Shown here in pieces: positions 18,896 through 38,415 of a stretch of DNA of 64,000 nucleotides. Both the position numbers and the translations under genes were made by a program. Under the pieces are notes generated by a model. The model did no database searches, was not told where the DNA came from, and saw nothing but the letters and a program-made list of their open reading frames with translations. This DNA is from the human T2T-CHM13v2.0 reference genome, Homo sapiens. The stretch lies in NCBI RefSeq assembly GCF_009914755.1, contig NC_060930.1; one strand, 5' to 3'. Each line of letters begins with the position of its first letter. Position 1 is the stretch's first letter.

Positions 18896-18999
18896 TTTAA
18901 AATGGAACTTTATTCCATCATTAGGGTAGCATTCTCCCACTCTTGTGTTTAAAATGGAACTTTATTCCATCATTAGGGTAGCATTCTCCCCCTCTTGTG
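18896..18999. repeat. 52-bp tandem duplication (two copies, one mismatch)
   Basis: TTTAAAATGGAACTTTATTCCATCATTAGGGTAGCATTCTCCC(A/C)CTCTTGTG at 18896-18947 and 18948-18999. Confidence 0.95.
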
Positions 19000-19837
19000 C
19001 AGAACACAAACAAGGAAGTAGGCTGCCCCAGCTTGTGATCTGAGGGATCCCTGAGGACAATGACAGACGGTCAAAAGCAGGGAGGGAGATGTGAGATAAC
19101 TGCAGTAAAATATGGCTAGAACCCAAATTACAGCATACCTGGGCCCTGCCCTACTTCTGAGATTTTTTAAAGCAGCAATTACCATACATTCCTTATTGTT
19201 TAAGACAATGTGAATTAACAGTTATTTGTTACTTGCACCCAAAATATCCTAACAGAGCAAATAAAGGTATTGTAAAACTGCATAACAAGATGGGGAAATG
19301 TTAACGCTTATACTACTAGTCCCTAAAAAATAGAATACAAGATAATATACACATAATGGTAATAGCAATATTAAAAAGTCAGAATAGTTACAAAAATGCT
19401 AACAATAATTGCATTTGGATAGATATACTCTTGAGGACTGTTTTTCTGAGTCTCCCAATTTTCTGGAATAAATATATCTTACTACTAAAATAAAGAATCA
19501 TTTGGAGATGTTTTGGAAACTGAGGCATGAATGCCTAACTCTATCTAGAGAAGTTAGAATGGACCTTATGAGAAGTGACGTGAGCTGACACTGTAACAAG
19601 TAGCATTTGCCAGAGGAGAAAGAAAGGGGTAATTCTAGGTCATGTTTACTTCCTTTGTTAGGTTTGGGCACATTAACTGCCATTAGCCTTAGTTTCCCCA
19701 TTTGTAAACTGGGGGTATTACCTACCTCACAGAGTTTTCACTGGAATTTTAAGTTATTATTATTATTATCCTTTATGTTATTGTTATGTCAAAGGCAAAG
19801 GGTCGTCAAAGTGCATGTCTGGCTCAGGGAGTTTGGA

Positions 19838-20214
<377 letters not shown>

Positions 20215-22036
20215 TAGCAAGGTCATGAAGGACCTTGGATGTTGTGTGAGAGATGGAGCTTCAATAAGCTTGAAGCCCACCCTGTTTGGGAAAGCCAGAT
20301 TCAGAGGTCACCTGGAACTGTTCTTGGATTCCACCTCGGCCCGCTGTGATCCCTTAGAAATGTGCTTAGACTGATTCCCACTGTCTCCAGTACCAAGCTG
20401 AAAAGAGGCAAGAAGGTAAATATCTCCTCCCCTGAGAAAGTTGATTCGTAGTTTGCACCAGCAGGCTGTCATGGAGACAGGACAGCTATGCACTTCTCAG
20501 AACAATTGGGAGAGGCCATTCTGAATACTGCCAAGTCCTGTGTTTTGTTATGCAGGGTGAAGGAACTGGTACCTTTTGCCTGTGGCGTTTGCAGCATCTT
20601 TTCACCTCCACCCTTTTGATAATCATGTGACATGCCAAGGAACTGGTTTTTCCACCTATAGGCCAGTGGTTCTTCCCTCTTTTTGAGACACAGGCCTTTT
20701 TGAGAGTGTAATGAAAACTACAGGCCCTCTCCTGGGAAATAGATGTATTCATGTCATTCATCTACACTACTTTAGAGAGTTCATTTGTCCATATGTCTGC
20801 TAAATATCTGTGGACCATAGGTTAAGGACCTCTCTTGCAGAAACAATGCATCATTGAAGGGTTTTAAGAAAGGAAGTAGCCAGTCACTGCAGAAGTGTGG
20901 TGGAAGATGGATTTGGAAGTTGAGACTAAAGGCAAGAATACCATCCATGAGAACACAGCAAAAGTCTGAAGGTCAAATTGACAAGAGCCTGAACTAAAGC
21001 AGCGTACATGGAAAAGGAGAGGAGGTGACGACTAGAGAGAAAGCTTATGTAGGTCTTTGTGATGGAGTGTGTGGAGGGTGGGAGAAGACAGCCTGAGGGA
21101 GAGGATGGGGTTCAGGAATCCTCCTTTGTCTTCACTCACCATGGTTGAAGCTGTGGACTGCCAGTAGAGTAAGCTCTAACCTACATAAAGTTTAGGTCTC
21201 CACCATGCCATCTCCCCACAAGTACAGCAACCGCAAATTTCTAATCTGGTGAATGTGTATGATCAATAATGTTAAACAATGAAAATAACCACAGAATCAA
21301 TTTATTAAAAATTCTGGTCCTCTGGAAGTACCCTCTGTAATAAATCTCCTGTGCCAACTTTTTTTTTAAAAAAAGCAAGACTAGGAACAATTTCTCAGAA
21401 AGTATCATTTTGTATTACAACAGAAATCTATTCTTTTCATAATATTAGTTGAAGTAGCCACCTAGAAACAATCAATTTTAGCAGAACATAGAGTACTTCT
21501 ACAAAGATTTATCACCAATATAGATTTCCTTTTTTAACTTAATGACTCACCAGCAAAAACCTTTAAAACTGGAAGGCTCTGTGCTTTGTGAGATTGCCAA
21601 AGTTAGTCACTGATTTATTCCCCTAAGTGTAATTTGGAAGAACCTGCTATGTAAATCTGAATACTGTAAACCATGCACCATGAATCTTTTAAAATCTAGT
21701 TTTCCTATTAATGGTGCCTAAATGCTTAAGAGCAGACTCACAAATTAGGAGGGGGAAGGGAGCCCTCTGGGACCTTTTCTGTGAGAAACTTTTGTGCTAC
21801 AATTTCTACTGAACCTGCATTTGGAGGATCAGCAGCAGATTCAGCAGGAATGGAAGCAGAGAACTGGGTCCTTTGGCAGACAGACCTAACTTTCCAACCA
21901 CAATAAAGACTGATGTCTTAAGGTTGGATAAATACTCCTGAAATTATTGAGTTTATCACAGAAAAGGGACCCTGAAAAGAAAAGTCATTCTTGAGTTAAA
22001 GCTACAAACAACTGTGAATTGTAATAAGTGTTCTAA

Positions 22037-22438
<402 letters not shown>

Positions 22439-22449
22439 TGAAGTGACTC

Positions 22450-22915
22450 TTTCCCTTATCTAATATTGCACAACAAACTACCCTAAAACATAATAGCACA
22501 AAGTAACAAGCTTAAAGAAGACAAAAGAGATATAGAGAGGAACCACTTTATTTGCACACAATTTTGTAATTCGGGCTGGGCTCAGATGGTCAGTTTCTCT
22601 GGTCTTGTCAGTGGTCACTCAGGAGGCTGCATCCAGCTGGCACTTAGGCTAGGCCACAGCTGGGATTCTCTCATGTAATCTTTCCATTTGGTCTCTCCAG
22701 CAGGATAATCAGACCTTTAATATGTTGGCTCAAGCCTTCCAAGAGCACAAAAATAGAAGCTGCCAGCCTTTCCTAAGGCTTAGGCTTGGAACTGACACAG
22801 CATCATATCTGCTGAATTCCACTGGTTAAATCAGTCCACCCAGAGTTCAGGAGAGGGGACTATCACACAAGGGCATGAATACTGGAAGATGGAATTCATC
22901 AGGGGCCACCTTGTA
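22450..22915 (-). mobile_element. Old MLT1-type MaLR LTR
   Basis: Antisense MLT1-like motifs (ACAAACTACCCTAAAAC, GGGCTGGGCTCAG, CAAGGGCATGAATAC). Confidence 0.55.
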
Positions 22916-23214
22916 ACAAGCTATTAGAATGACCTTAGGCAGCAACCTGGAAGATGAGTAAGAGTTAACTGGGCAAAGAGGGAGGAAGAATGTTCCAGGC
23001 AGGGCAGTAGTATATGCAAAGCAGTTATGGCAGAGGATCCCCAGGCATTTCTAAGTGACTGAAAGAAAGCCAAGTTTGCTGGAGCACAGAGATCAAGGGA
23101 ACAGTGGGTACAGGCAGGAAGGGGCCAGACCATGTGGTGCCACCGCATTCTTTAGGAAACTTTCAAATGCAAGTGGTAGAATCCCAATGCAAACCAACTC
23201 AAGCAAAAATATAA

Positions 23215-24269
<1,055 letters not shown>

Positions 24270-24667
24270 AGTCTCACCTTTCTAAAATCCTTTAGAGATT
24301 CCCCATTGTCTACAGGAACCCTTCTCCCAGGAGTCCATCACCATCCAGCCCTTGTCTCCCTTCCCAACTTTGTCTTCCCTTCTTCCTCCCATCACTTCCT
24401 CACCCCAGTTATACCTCAAAGGCTCCGTGCTCTTCCAGCTTCTAGGCCTTTTAATATACTGCTTCCTTGTCCTGGCATGCCCTTCTCCTTCAGTTTTCCT
24501 TTTATCAGTACAGCATAGTAATTGGGTCACACCTTCTTTCAAATCCTGACTCCTCTGTTTGCTAGCCAGGATGTTAAGCAAGTAACTTAACCTCTTGAGC
24601 TTTATTTTCCGCTCCTGGAAAATGGAGATAATAACAACCACGACCTCTGAGACCTAATGTAAAGATT

Positions 24668-24962
24668 GTTTTGTTTTTGAGACAGGGTCTCACTCTGTTG
24701 CCCAGGCTGGAGTGCCGTGGCACCATTACAGCTCACTGCAGCCTCAGTCTCCCCAGACTTAGGTGATCATCCCACCTCAGCGTCCCGAGTAGCTGGGACT
24801 ACAGGCATGCACCACCACACCTGGCTAATTTTTGTACTTTCTTTTTGGAGACTGACTTTCGCCATGTTGCCCAGGGTGGTCTTGAACTCCTAGGCTTGAG
24901 GGATCCTCCCGCCTTGGCCTCCCAAAGTGCTGGGATCCAGGCATGAGCCACCACACCCAGCC
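24668..24962 (-). mobile_element. AluJ
   Basis: Alu match. Confidence 0.9.
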
Positions 24963-25097
24963 TAGTATAAAAACTGAATGAGAAAGCAAATGTAAAACCC
25001 TTAGTGAAATGCCTGGCATAAAGGAAAGGCCCACTTAATGCCAGCTATCGCTGCACTCAAAATTCAAGTGTCGTGTTAAGTCATTGCTCTCTTGACT

Positions 25098-25559
25098 TCT
25101 ATGGTTGGCTGAATGATAGCTCCCCAAAGAGGTTCACATCCTGATCCCTGGAGCCTGTTTATATGTTATTTTACATGGTAAAAGGACTTTGCAGATGTGA
25201 TTAAGTTATCTTAAGATAGGCGAGTACCCTGGATTATCAAGGTGGGTCTGATGTAATCATAAGGGGTCCTTGTAAAAGGAAGGCAGGAGGTGAAAGAGAG
25301 GAGGAGGTGATGTGATGATGGTAGCAGAGGTGGGAGTGATGCAGCCACGTGCCAAAGAATGCCAGCCACTTCTAGAAGCTGGGAGGAAGGATTCTCCCCT
25401 GGAGCCTTCAGAAGGAACTGGCTCTGTCAGTGCCTTGATTTTAGCCCTTAAGACTCATTTCTAACTTCTGACCTCCAGAACTGTAAGAGAATAAATTTGT
25501 GTTGAATGAAGCCACAAAATTTGTGGTAATTTTTTACAGCAATAATAGAAATGAATATA
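25098..25559 (+). mobile_element. MLT1C/D-type MaLR LTR
   Basis: GACTTTGCAGATGTGATTAAG...GACCTCCAGAACTGTAAGAGAATAAATTTGTG... Confidence 0.8.
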
Positions 25560-25707
25560 ACTTCCTAGAGATGGGTTGAACCCATAGCATTTACATGCAG
25601 ATAGATAATTTTTCATTCATTTTTCTCACCCGTTAGGTGTGTGTGTGTTTTTAATTTTTAATTTATTTATTATTTTCTTTTTTAGTACAGAATCATCTGC
25701 TCTAAAA

Positions 25708-26444
<737 letters not shown>

Positions 26445-27287
26445 TAATATTTGAAACCACCTCCTATTTCCACCTCCACATACCTAGCACAATGCCTGGC
26501 ATCTTCTCAAACTCCAATAAATATTTAATGAAGGTAAGTTTATGATCTCAAGTGTGATTTCTGTTTGGATTCGGTTCATGTAAAAAAGGAGGAACCAGCC
26601 GTGAATTCTCAAATAAGTTTCAGTCTGTGGCAAGCACAGATCTGGGAGATGCATCAAGGGAAACAACTGAAAACTTGTCTGGAGATTATTGTAAAAAAAA
26701 GAGAGAGAGAGAAGTGACTACAACTGAAAGAGTACCTGGCCCTGGAATCTTTTATATGATGAAAATTTTATGGGGTTCTAGTCTCTGCTTCTTGAAGATA
26801 CAGTGGAGCTAGAAAAGATCCAGAGGACACCAAAGATGATTAAGGGCAGAAGGAATCATGTATGCTGGTAAAAATAAAAAAGATGCCATTGCAAAAAAGT
26901 TCATCTTAAACTCACAAAGAATAGCGTAATTTTCTCAAATCCTGAAAAAAATTGAAATAGGCAACATTCCTTGAAGCCTGACTGTCCTTCCAACAAAAAT
27001 AAAAGAAGTAGCTCTATGTATAGCATGTACTAAAATATAGAATCCATTACTCCAAGAGGCGGTGGCTACAGAAAATAAACACTACAAGATAGGGCTGGGT
27101 TCAGGGTCAAGCCAGCCAGGCAGTTGCCCCAGGTGCCTCACATAGGCACAAATCATTTGCAAATAAATAATAATGTGGTGTTTGTTAACTCACATTTCCA
27201 CATACAGCTTCTTACAGTTTACATCAGGAAAATTTACCTGGCACTGTTGAAACAAACGGTGCCTGTGAGTAGAATTTAAAGAAAAGA

Positions 27288-27580
27288 GGCCAGGCACGGT
27301 GGTTCATGCCTGTAATCTCAGCACTTTGGGAGGCTGAGGTGGGCGGATCACCTGAGGTCAGGAGTTCGAGACCAGCCTGGCCAACATGGTGAAACCCGGT
27401 CTCTACTAAAAATACAAAAATTAGCCGGGTGTGATGGTGGGTGTTTATAATCCCAGCTATTCAGGAGGCTGAGACGGGAGAATTGCTTGAACCCGGGAGG
27501 CAAAGCTGAGATCGCGCCATTGTACTCCAGCCTGGGCGGCAAGAACAAAACTCCATCTCAAAAAACAACAACGAAAAAAA
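27288..27580 (+). mobile_element. AluS
   Basis: TSD AGAATTTAAAGAAAAG. Confidence 0.92.
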
Positions 27581-29059
27581 GAATTTAAAGAAAAGGAAAG
27601 CAAAAATCTCATCATGTGAATTCATCTGCTTTGGAATGTTTTTGAATTGTACATATAAGCAGCCTCATCTACTAAACCTCTGGATTCAACAGTGAATGGA
27701 TGGCTTTGGTGCTGTTTACTGGAAGAAGGAAGTGATTTATTTTCTTAACTTCATTTTAATCTCTTTAATACACTTTACAAAAAATTATCTTGTTCCAGAC
27801 AAAATCACAAAAGGAAACTAGAAAGAGAACAAGAACCACAGAGAAATGGGAATTATTGTGCAAGTTTTTTTTTCAGATCATTAAACTTTACATTGGCTAG
27901 TGGAAGTAAGGGAGCAAATTAATCTTAAGTAAATAATTGTATCAATAATATGTAATTTAATACACTTTGCATTTAGAAATGTTGAACAACTACTTAAGAT
28001 TCCTTAAATATTATTATTTTGAGGGGCTCCCATTCTGGGGAGCTGAGTTTCTCCATTATATCTTAATTGCTTAGGAAAGAGTTGTGAAAGTCCATACCAA
28101 GTTATAAATGGCAATTTAGACTTTAGTTTTAAGATAGCTTGGGATAATAATCCTTGAGCAAACCAACTCACCAGGTTATGAATGAAGGAGCTAGAGGGTA
28201 TGAAAGTTCTTTAAAACTCGTCACTGCTGCGCTAATATACTTTAGGCCCCCGCCTGCTCCAGCCCTCCTGCCCCTGCTGTGTTGATTATGATATTGCTTG
28301 GCTGTCCAGGTCTAGAAACAGAAAAACTGTCCTGCTCTATTAAAATGAGCCTTCTCACTGGCCAGTTGGGAAATGGTCCCTAGAGCTGGCATGCCTGGTG
28401 TGTGAGCCACCCAGCTCCCATCATGCCTGATTCTCCAGAAGGGCGCATCTCTTATGCCAGGTGTTCTGCAGCCCTGAGATGCAAGGACTAGAGCCTAGCC
28501 TTGAATTCTGGACAGGCTGTCAAAATCAGCTGTGCCAACCCTTGCACTGGGTTCTGACTCAGCAGACCCCTTCCCCTGAAACTGACCCTATTTCTAATCA
28601 TCTCTCTTACGCATTAGGTCCTCCTATTTCAATACCTTGGGAAGCCCCAAAGAAAGCAGAGAAACAGGATTCCTGGCTCCAAGTTGTCTCCTTCCTCCAG
28701 ATGCAGAAGCTTGCATTATCGACTTTAGTCATCCTGCTCGTCTTTTCAGATTGCTCTACCCAATGCCTGCCAGACCCTTGCTCTTACCTACCCCTCCCCT
28801 CCCCAGTCCTTGGGGATTTCCAACATAGTACTCACCCAGGGTTCTGCTTTTTACTATAAATTTTATAGTATATATAAACAGTATATATATATACATACTA
28901 CTTTTAGTATATTTTAAATATATTACCATACACACATGTATCTTTAACCTCAAAAATTGCACTATGGGCTATATTATGAATACGGGTTAAACTACTTTTT
29001 GATGTAGTTTAAATGAAACAGCAATTGCCTCTCATACATTAACCCATAGTGCAATTTTC

Positions 29060-29895
29060 AAAAGACAAAGCATGTGGTGGGAATGTGAAATGGTTCAGTC
29101 ACTTGGGAAAACAGTTTGGTAGTTCCTCACGATGTTAAACATAGCGTTAACATGACCAAGCAATTTCATTCCTAGGTATATGCTCAAAAGAAACAAGAAC
29201 ATACGTCCACACAAAAACTTGTACACAAATGTTCACAGCAGCATTATTCATAATAGCCAAAAATGGAAATATCCCAAATGCCCATTAATTGATCAATGGA
29301 CAAACAAAATGTGGTATATTCCTACAATGGAATGTTATATCCATACAATATAATATATAGCCATCCAGTGGAATCCATAATCCATACAGTGGAATGTTAT
29401 GTAAAAAGAATAAAGTGCTGATACATGCTAAACCATCATTGAACCTTGAAAACATTATGCTAAGTGAACAAAACCAGCCACAAAAAAACACCTATTAGCT
29501 GGGCACAGTGGCTATGCACCTGTAATCCCTGCAACTTGGAAGGCCAAGGCAGAAAGATCTCTTGAGTACAGGAGTTTGAGTCAAGCCTGGGCAACATAGG
29601 GAAACCTGCATCTCTAAAACAAACAAATAAACTTTTAAAACAATGCATACTGTATGATTCTACTTATATGAAATTTCCAGGAAAAAATCTATAGAGACAG
29701 TTTCATCATTGTCTGAGGGGTGGGAGTGATGGATAAGAAGTGACTGTTTCTTTTGGGGGTGATGAAAATGTTCTAAAATTAGATTGTGGGGATGGTTGCA
29801 CACCTCTGTGAATATACTAAAAACATCTGAGTTGCACAGTTTAAATGAATAAGTTATATAGTTTGTGAATTATATCTCAACAAAGCTGTTTAATA
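29060..29895 (+). mobile_element. L1MB/MC 3' end with a FLAM insertion
   Basis: CACACAAAAACTTGTACACAAATGTTCACAGCAGC...GTGAATTATATCTCAACAAAGCTG. Confidence 0.75.
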
Positions 29896-29975
29896 AAAAG
29901 ATGTTTTGTTTATGCCTAACAAAAATTGTGTTTATGTTTTTCTTATACATGGCATTTAAAGAAGATATTTTTTCA

Positions 29976-30290
<315 letters not shown>

Positions 30291-30577
30291 TTTGATTACA
30301 CAAGAAATAATTCCTTCTCATTATTTAAAAAATCAAATGTTACATATAAAGTTAAATTCTCCTTTGATAAGCAAGTCTAATCCTTTACCCTCCCCCCAAA
30401 ATGAGTAGCTCTTCATTCTTCCAGGCTGTTTCCTTATAGAAATATATATTTTTTGTTTTTATGTATGGATTTTATTTGTGTTTTTTATTTTTATTTTATC
30501 ATACTGTATTTTATTTCATATCTTGCTTTTTTCACACTTGAGAGCTTTCCATGCCAGTCCATACAGGTATGTCTTAT

Positions 30578-31203
<626 letters not shown>

Positions 31204-31476
31204 TAGTAGAGTATTCCATAGCATGGATAGACTCTAGTTTACTTAGCATTCTCTTATTGATGGGTATTTAGGTTGCTTTCACTTTCTCATTTTGCAACCA
31301 ATGCAGAGATAAATATCCTTGTACATGTCTCTTTGGGCATAAGTCTGAACATTTCTCCATACTAAACACTGAGAAGTAGGATAGCTGGGTCATATCCTAG
31401 ATCTATTTTAATTTTACAAGTACTGCCAAGTTGCTGTAGAAGTGCCTGTAACAGTTTATTCTCCCTCTGGCGGTGA

Positions 31477-31864
<388 letters not shown>

Positions 31865-32615
31865 TGGACATCTATTTATAGAATTACATTTTCATATAGT
31901 TTGTCCCTTTTTTTTCTATGTAGTGTTTGCCTTTTTTAATCGTTAGTAGTCTTTCTATGTATTTTATGTGATAAATATCTATGTAAATATCTATATCCAC
32001 ATATACCTACATATAAAATATTTCTTACCTACTCATTACTTTACGGTTTTTCCTTTTTGTGTTTTATTTAAGGCTTTCTCTAACTCCAAGATCACAAACA
32101 TAGGATCTTAGTGTGAGGTAGGAATTTTATTTTATTTTATTTTCCAAATGACTAGACAATTATCTTGATGCTATTTATTGAATACTTCATCTTTTCTCTG
32201 CTGTTTTGAAATACTTTTTTAGAATAGTAAATTCCCATATAAATGGCAAATCTTCAGATCCACTTACATAGAAGTGGATCTGAAACCAAGAGAAGGAGGA
32301 AGTCCATGAGGAGAGAATTGGAATTGGTTCCCTGAACTGTCTACCCATGGGAATTTCCAGCACAGGAAAGCAGGGGACTTTCTAAAGCATCAGACAAATA
32401 AACTGGCAGCTCCATGCCCTAATAACGTTAAATAATTGAACAATTGTTTATATCATTTTGCCTTTTTCTTTCCAAAACCTGTAAAACAATGTTATCTGCT
32501 TTGGCACAGCAAATTAAGGTGAAATTATACAAAGTGAAAATCAGCTATGTGTCAAGTATAGGCCTGTACTAAGGAAGCAGGGCTGCTACAAATGTAATTA
32601 TAAGATCCTAGACTC

Positions 32616-32913
<298 letters not shown>

Positions 32914-33504
32914 TTAATTTTCCCTCTTCAATTTATTCCCCGTATTGTAGTCAGAATGATTTTTTGGCAACATGCCAATCTGACCAGGTGTGGTGGCTCA
33001 CACCTGTAATCCCAGTACTTGAATCACTTGAACCTGGGAGGCAGAGTTTGTGGTGAGCCCAGAATGTGCCACTGCACTCCAGCGTGGACAACAGAAAAAG
33101 ACTGCCTCAAAAAAAAAAAAAAATATATATATATATATGAGTGGCATGATCAGACTGTTGTTTAAGAAAGATAATGGCAGCAGAATTTTGGAGGTAAATG
33201 ACAGAGAAGTAAATTGAACGACAGGGAGACCTGCTGTGAGGTTATTATAAAGATGCCAATAAGACATGATGGAAGCCGGAACTAAAGCCTCGGGGAGGGC
33301 ATAGAGAGGAGGGCCAGACTGCAGAGACACAGAGAGGTTGAGTCTACTGGATCTTGCTGACACTCTTAGCTTGGGCAATGAGGGAAGTCAAGAGGGAAGC
33401 GTTAAGAATGACTCAAGTTTCTGGCAAGGGCAACTGGGTGTCTGTAATGAAGAAGAGAAATAGACATTTCATGTATTAGGCTGTAAGAGAAGCCCTCTGT
33501 TTTG

Positions 33505-34430
33505 ACTGATGACGTAAATGAGGGCTTTCCACTTTCTGAAAAACTGAACTCTTCTGATGCAATGAGACAACCTCCACATCATAGTCAGCCATGGTCCGTT
33601 GGGTTCAACTCAGTCCCAATGCCCTGACACCCTCGTTACCTGATCTGATCCTACTGCCCCAACCTAATGGAACTGAAAACAGTGGTGTCAACAAACTAAA
33701 CTGCCCACCAACTGTGACATATTCAAAGCCTGCATAAGCTTGCTCTGTGAATGGAGAACACATTCTAAAAGGATCCCAAAAGAAAATAAAGCCTTTTCTG
33801 TCTTCCCAGGGAGGTTTTAGGCTAAGGAAACAAAATAAACACCACACGAAATAGTGGGCAAAGGTACAAGAGAGTTTAAGGTTAAATGCTAAATTATGAA
33901 GCAAATTCCAATCAGAGGACAGTGATGGTATTGTTACTCTAGAACAGCCAGGAAAGATAATCATCTGTGTTGACCATCTACTGCCAAACCACCATCCGTA
34001 AGTCACACAGTTGGTAAGTGGCAGAGCCAGTGCGTGAAGTTGGGAGAGACTGTCTCAGATCTTCAGGAAGGCGAAATGTGAGCTGAGACAGGAAGGTGCC
34101 CGGTGTCCAGCCTGGATGGGCTGGGAGTGCAGCTGGGAGCTTGGAGCATCCTGGGAGGAGAAGCAGAGCAACAGGACTGGCACGTGATATTAATCATCCC
34201 GGAATGGAGGCCTTCTGACTGGAGACTTGCAGTGTACCTACCACTGCTGGGTGTTTTCAGCATTTCAGTTTGGCAATAAACATAAAAAGTCTAGTAACAC
34301 AGGCGTAAGCCTGGAATGTTCAGTGACTGGTCACTGTCAGGAATAATTATTACAAAAGAGCAGCTGAGAAGACATGACTCAGCACGCCCCACCTCAGAAC
34401 ACTCCGGTCCCACCTAAGGGCTTTCCAAAG
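33505..34430. promoter_or_regulatory. Candidate stress/inflammation-responsive enhancer (motif cluster in largely non-repetitive DNA)
   Basis: TGACGTAA 33510-33517; AGGGCTTTCC 33521-33530 and 34417-34426; TGATGCAAT 33555-33563; ATGACTCAGCA 34374-34384 next to CACGCCCC. Confidence 0.35.
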
Positions 34431-35221
34431 TCCGCAGGAACCAGGCCAGCTGAGTATTCACATAGCCGCTCTGTTCAAGTCACACTCCAGATCCGTAGTG
34501 TTATTGGTGAGAACAATGACTAACTAGCAGGATGATTTACATGCATGCGAGTTCCAACTTGGCCTTTTTCCTGTCAGCAAAATTTACTACTATCTTCTAG
34601 CTGTCTTCCTACGTCAGGACTAAAAATGGTTACACTCCTAGCAGTAGAGCATATCCAGCCAACTGACAAGCAAAGAAAGATTAAGGACAAGTACATAGAC
34701 AACATGGGGTGGACTTTATCAGAAAGGACAAGGCAGATACAGTGCTGGCCAAGGAGTGTTGCAAGTAAGGAATTTCCTGGAGCCTTATGCAAACTCCAGT
34801 AATCCCAGGCAATGATGCAGTTTCACTTCTGTTTCATATTAACGAGTACTAGAAACACATAATGAGTGACCTAGTTCTTTTCCAGTGGATTTTCCTTTTA
34901 TTAGAACTATGCTCTGGTAGGTTACTTAATTATTTAAAAACATCAACACTGAGCACTATTTTAAGCTAGACCTTGACTTTAAATTTCAAATATGTCATTA
35001 TAGTATTTAATAAATATAAATTCAGTTTTTTAAACAGTTTTTGTGGTTTTTTACATTCCATGAAATTCACCCATTTGAAGTGCACAATCAAAAATTTTAA
35101 GTACATTCACAGAGTTGCACAATCATCACCACAATAAGAATTCATTTTTGAGCTTTTTATTTCAGTTTTTCAATAGATGATAATTTCAAGAGGAAATGAT
35201 AGGCCACAAAAAGTCTGTAAC

Positions 35222-36405
<1,184 letters not shown>

Positions 36406-36429
36406 GTTAGAAATTTATTCAACCAGACA

Positions 36430-37144
36430 CACTCAATCATCTTTCTCAAGTTCAAAGTACTACAGATCTCTAGGGCAGGGGCAAAATGCCAGCAGTCTCT
36501 TTGCTAAAGCATAACAAGAGTCACCTTTGCTCCAGTACCCAACAAGTTTCTCATCTCCATCTGAGACCACCTCAGCCTGGACTTTATTGTCCATATCACT
36601 ACCAGCACTTTGGTCAAAACCATTCAACAAATCTCTAGGAAGTTCCAAACTTTCCTACATTTTTCTATCTTCTTCTGAGACCTCCAAACTGTTCCAACCT
36701 CTGCCTGTTACCCAGTTCCAAAGCTGCTTCCATATTTTTGGGTATCTTTACAGCAGCACCCCACTCCTGGTACCAATTTACTGTATTAGTCTGTTCTCAT
36801 GCAGCTAATAAAGACATACCCAAGACTGGGTAATTTATGAAGAAAAAGAGGTTTAAAGGACTCACAGTTCCACAGGGCTAGGGAGGCCTCAGGAAAATTC
36901 CAATCATGGCAGAAGGGGAGGCAAACATGTCCTTCTTCACCTGGTGGCAGCAAGGAGAAGTACAGAGCAAAGGGGGAGAAAAGCCCCTTATAAAACCATC
37001 AGATCTTATGAGAACTCACTCACTATCATGAGAACAACATGGAGGTCCCCATAATTACCTCCCACCAGGTCCCTCCCACAACATGTGGGGATTATGGGGA
37101 CTACAGCCAAACCATATGGGTGGGGACACAGTCAAACCATATCA
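36430..37144 (-). mobile_element. THE1 (THE1C/D-like) 5' LTR (36782-37144) plus the start of the internal region
   Basis: TGTATTAGTCTGTTCTCATGC...AAACCATATCA, adjacent to THE1/MST internal sequence. Confidence 0.85.
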
Positions 37145-37985
37145 CACCTGCTCCTCTTTAAACATGGCTGGAGGAAAACAATTAACCATATGAAGTGGCT
37201 CACATTAAATTATGACCACTATCCTTAGGTGTGCCCTTAGGGCTGCCTGACAATCCTGCATTTCCCTAAATCGTTCACTTTTTTGCACCTTCTCTTCTCA
37301 CCTTAAATCTTACACAGTTGATGACCCTACCTCCCTTTCCCTAAGAAGAGGATGCAACCAGAAAAATAGTCTTCTACATGCTACCTTTACCACATTTACG
37401 ATTTTCTCTGCCTTCCTATGAGTGTTGTCATGGATAAACTAAGCTCCTGTCCAAGGTCATTGTCTCCACTTGTGTACTAAATCCAATATTCTCTTGCCTA
37501 CTCAAAGATAATTACCTCAGAAATTATCCCTCTGTTCTGCACAGTCAAATTTTACTCTCTACTAAATCATTTCAATCAGCCTATCAACATACTCTAAAAT
37601 ACCCTCATCTTTTTCTTTTTTTTTTTTTTTTTTTGAGATGGAGTCTCTCTCTGTTGTCCAGACTGGAGGGCAGTGGCATGATCTCGGCTCACTGCAAGCT
37701 CCGCCTCCCAAAAGATACCTTCATCTTAACATATGACGTTGTCTATCTCTCAACCCCATGTGTCCCTTCTGCCTGCCACCTTATCTGCCTCTCTTTACAC
37801 AAAACTTGAAAGCATTGTCTATATGTGCTGTCTCCAATTCTTTTTCTTCCATTCTCTGTTGAACCTACTCCAATCATATATTTAGATGCCTGAGTGATAT
37901 CACCAATGTATATTTATTAGGCATGTTAAATGTAGATGTCTGAAAGAAAATGCCTGATTCCTCAGCCCCTAAATCTGTGCCTCCT

Positions 37986-38415
37986 TGTTCTGTGAAAGGG
38001 CCATATATGCAAAGCAGCCTCAAATGCCTAAGGAGCCAAGAAACCCAAAAACGAGGCAGATGTAGGTCAGTATAGGGTGTTTTACTGGAAGAACTTACAG
38101 ATGGAGGCACGGTCTTGGGAGGCCGCAAGACAGGTAGATTTCTGCATTGTTACTCCCCAGACCCAGGGCTTATGTACCATAGGGTAAGGGTGTACATGCT
38201 CCCTCCACCAAGACAATGAAAGGCAATCCTCCAGAACAGGCAAGAATGCTATATGCATCATAGCCTCTAATGTATGCGATAACATCAAGGTTGCTTTGTT
38301 TTTACACTTGGGACAGTAAATAAAGTAGAAACCAGGAGGCATTCACAGGACCAGGGCTAATCAGAAGTCAACATGGCAGATTAACCTCCAAGATGGAATC
38401 ACTTTTGTCTCCACA
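37986..38415 (-). mobile_element. LTR47A-like ERVL solo LTR
   Basis: The rc begins TGTGGAGACAAAAGTGATTCCATCTTGG; 5-bp TSD CTCCT at 37981-37985 and 38416-38420. Confidence 0.75.

Noticed and set aside
28430-28448. Possible CTCF motif TCTCCAGAAGGGCGC
   Set aside because: Spacing is one base off the core consensus.
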